Origin: a virus
Taxonomy: Duplodnaviria > Caudoviricetes
Length of the DNA stretch: 46,410 bases
Virus record (IMG/VR): IMGVR_UViG_3300033487_000012
Location: 1-46,410 of that record
Reading direction: 5' to 3' (one strand)
Under the pieces are notes generated by a model. It did no database searches. It was not told the origin of the DNA and worked only from the letters and a program-made list of their open reading frames with translations. Each line of letters opens with the position of its first letter. Within the stretch, counting starts at the first letter, position 1. The position numbers were made by a program, and so were the translations under genes. Below are positions 45,029 to 46,410 of the stretch, in pieces.

Positions 45029-46409
45029 CGGATTCTACCTTTAGTGACGCGTCCACCTTGTACGGACAATCCTGCATGAACTCCCGCAGTTCGGCAAAGG
45101 GCGTCTCGTCACGCGGCACGCCGCCCTTGACCCATTCAGGAAGTTTCACATCAACCGTATGCGACCAGCGCTTCCATGCGACCTTCATCCCCACGGGCAA
45201 CGGCACCGGGATCCCACAGTGCTCGGAATCCATCTGCATCACCCACACGATGTCTTGCATCAGGCGCATGGAATGGAGCTCGAACGGAACTTCAATCATC
45301 ATCTCATCGTGGATGGTGTTCAACAGGCCCAGCTGCGGATGGGACCACCGATGGTCCAGCATCCAGTCAACCCGCATCGTGGCGACTTTCAACAGGTCCG
45401 CGGCCGATCCCTGGATGAGATAATTCACGACCTTGTACGCCCACTCCCGTTCCAGTTTGTAGCGGCGTCCGTACAGGTTCCACGCCTCGCCGTGGCGCGT
45501 GGCCTCATCCGTCATCCGCCGCATGAACTTCACGACGGACGAGAACTGTTCCTCGAACGAATCAATAAACGCCTTGGCTTCTCGGAACGGCATCTGCAAC
45601 AGCTTCGTCATTCGTCCGGGGCGCTGTTCGGTGCCGACGCCACCGCCGTACAGTTTCCCGAACATGATGAGTTTCGCGAGCTTGCGATAGTACTTCTTCC
45701 GTTGCTCGTAATCCGGTTTACGAACGAAGGACTTGTCCGCGACACCCTGGTGGAAATCATACCCAGAGAGGAGGAGTTCCTGCATGTTGGCCTCGCCCGA
45801 CATGAACGCGAACAACCAGACTTCAATCTGGCTGTAATCGGGCAGATACCACAGGCATCCGGGGCGCGGCCCGAAACACTCACGCGGACGGGCCGGGATG
45901 TCCGCTTTCCGCAGCCCCGTGGTGGCCGACGCCACCTGCTGCAGATTGGGGTCCGAGCAGGTCATGCGCCCGGTAACGGCCCCGGTTTGGTTATAGTTTG
46001 GATGGAGAATCCAAACCCCTTTGCTTCCATCCCATTTCCCATCTGGACAAGAAACTGCATTTCCTGTCCGGCCTGGGTACGAAGTTGGATACCAAAACTT
46101 GGCGTAGATATTGAGAAACGATTTGATGGACTGCTTCGCCGCACGCCATTCGAGGACCGCCTTCGCGAGCGGGTCTTTGAACTCCCCGGTGTCTTCATCT
46201 GTGGCCCCCAATTCCGCCAACTTGTCTTTGCCCAGGGTCATGTTCCCCTTTTCCGTGTACATCGGGGCATACCCCAGTTCGGTGTAAAACTTGTGGGTGA
46301 GCTGTTTGGGCGACATGAAGTTCATGCCAGCCCCGCCGTTTGCGTCGGCCATCTTCCGCATCTTGGCCATGTACTGCGTATACCAGACGACCAGATGCTC
46401 GGTCCAATC
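44940..46409 (-). CDS. polA: Family A DNA polymerase, 5' part outside window
   Basis: TGRM.C.DPNLQQ, motif A DYSQIE, motif B R..AK...FG..YG, NY.IQGSAAD, motif C IHDE; frame open to the window end. Confidence 0.93.
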   Translation of the reverse strand, partial: DWTEHLVVWYTQYMAKMRKMADANGGAGMNFMSPKQLTHKFYTELGYAPMYTEKGNMTLGKDKLAELGATDEDTGEFKDPLAKAVLEWRAAKQSIKSFLNIYAKFWYPTSYPGRTGNAVSCPDGKWDGSKGVWILHPNYNQTGAVTGRMTCSDPNLQQVASATTGLRKADIPARPRECFGPRPGCLWYLPDYSQIEVWLFAFMSGEANMQELLLSGYDFHQGVADKSFVRKPDYEQRKKYYRKLAKLIMFGKLYGGGVGTEQRPGRMTKLLQMPFREAKAFIDSFEEQFSSVVKFMRRMTDEATRHGEAWNLYGRRYKLEREWAYKVVNYLIQGSAADLLKVATMRVDWMLDHRWSHPQLGLLNTIHDEMMIEVPFELHSMRLMQDIVWVMQMDSEHCGIPVPLPVGMKVAWKRWSHTVDVKLPEWVKGGVPRDETPFAELREFMQDCPYKVDASLKVESDEVRSHKLVQRHLSSGPHHAPKAHARVPF

Positions 46410-46410
46410 G

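Larger units (their letters stand above)
1..46410. mobile_element. Tailed dsDNA phage (siphovirus-like) genome segment
   Basis: Canonical order terminase-portal-protease-scaffold-capsid-neck-tail tube-chaperone-TMP-fibres-lysis on +, convergent primase/PolA on -; no host housekeeping genes seen. Confidence 0.97.

Noticed and set aside
45990-46120. Intron or intein in the polymerase
   Set aside because: Frame stays open, the insertion is only about 20 aa, and there are no intein terminal motifs

Overview
This window is about 46 kb of a GC-rich tailed dsDNA phage or prophage genome. It looks siphovirus-like: there is a long tape measure protein, a -1 frameshifted tail chaperone and no sheath gene. 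The + strand (1-42499) runs in this order: small accessory genes (a GH-A-like hydrolase, a Tat-signal protein), TerS/TerL, portal, split XkdF-type protease, scaffold, decoration protein and major capsid protein, neck and tail genes with two tail-tube paralogs, TMP and hub. An unusually elaborate ~15 kb adsorption region follows. It holds four tandem lectin-like paralogs, repeat-bearing scaffold-like proteins sharing short motifs, an embedded SAM methyltransferase plus Maf/DUF115-type glycosyltransferase pair, and a second fibre module. The + strand ends with an expanded lysis/envelope cassette that includes a double glycoside-hydrolase-like protein and an M15 peptidase endolysin. The - strand (42629-end) carries a TOPRIM-AAA+ primase-helicase and a family A DNA polymerase cut off by the window end. 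I saw no tRNA, CRISPR array, integrase or reverse transcriptase. All calls come from motif recognition and synteny by eye; no searches were run.
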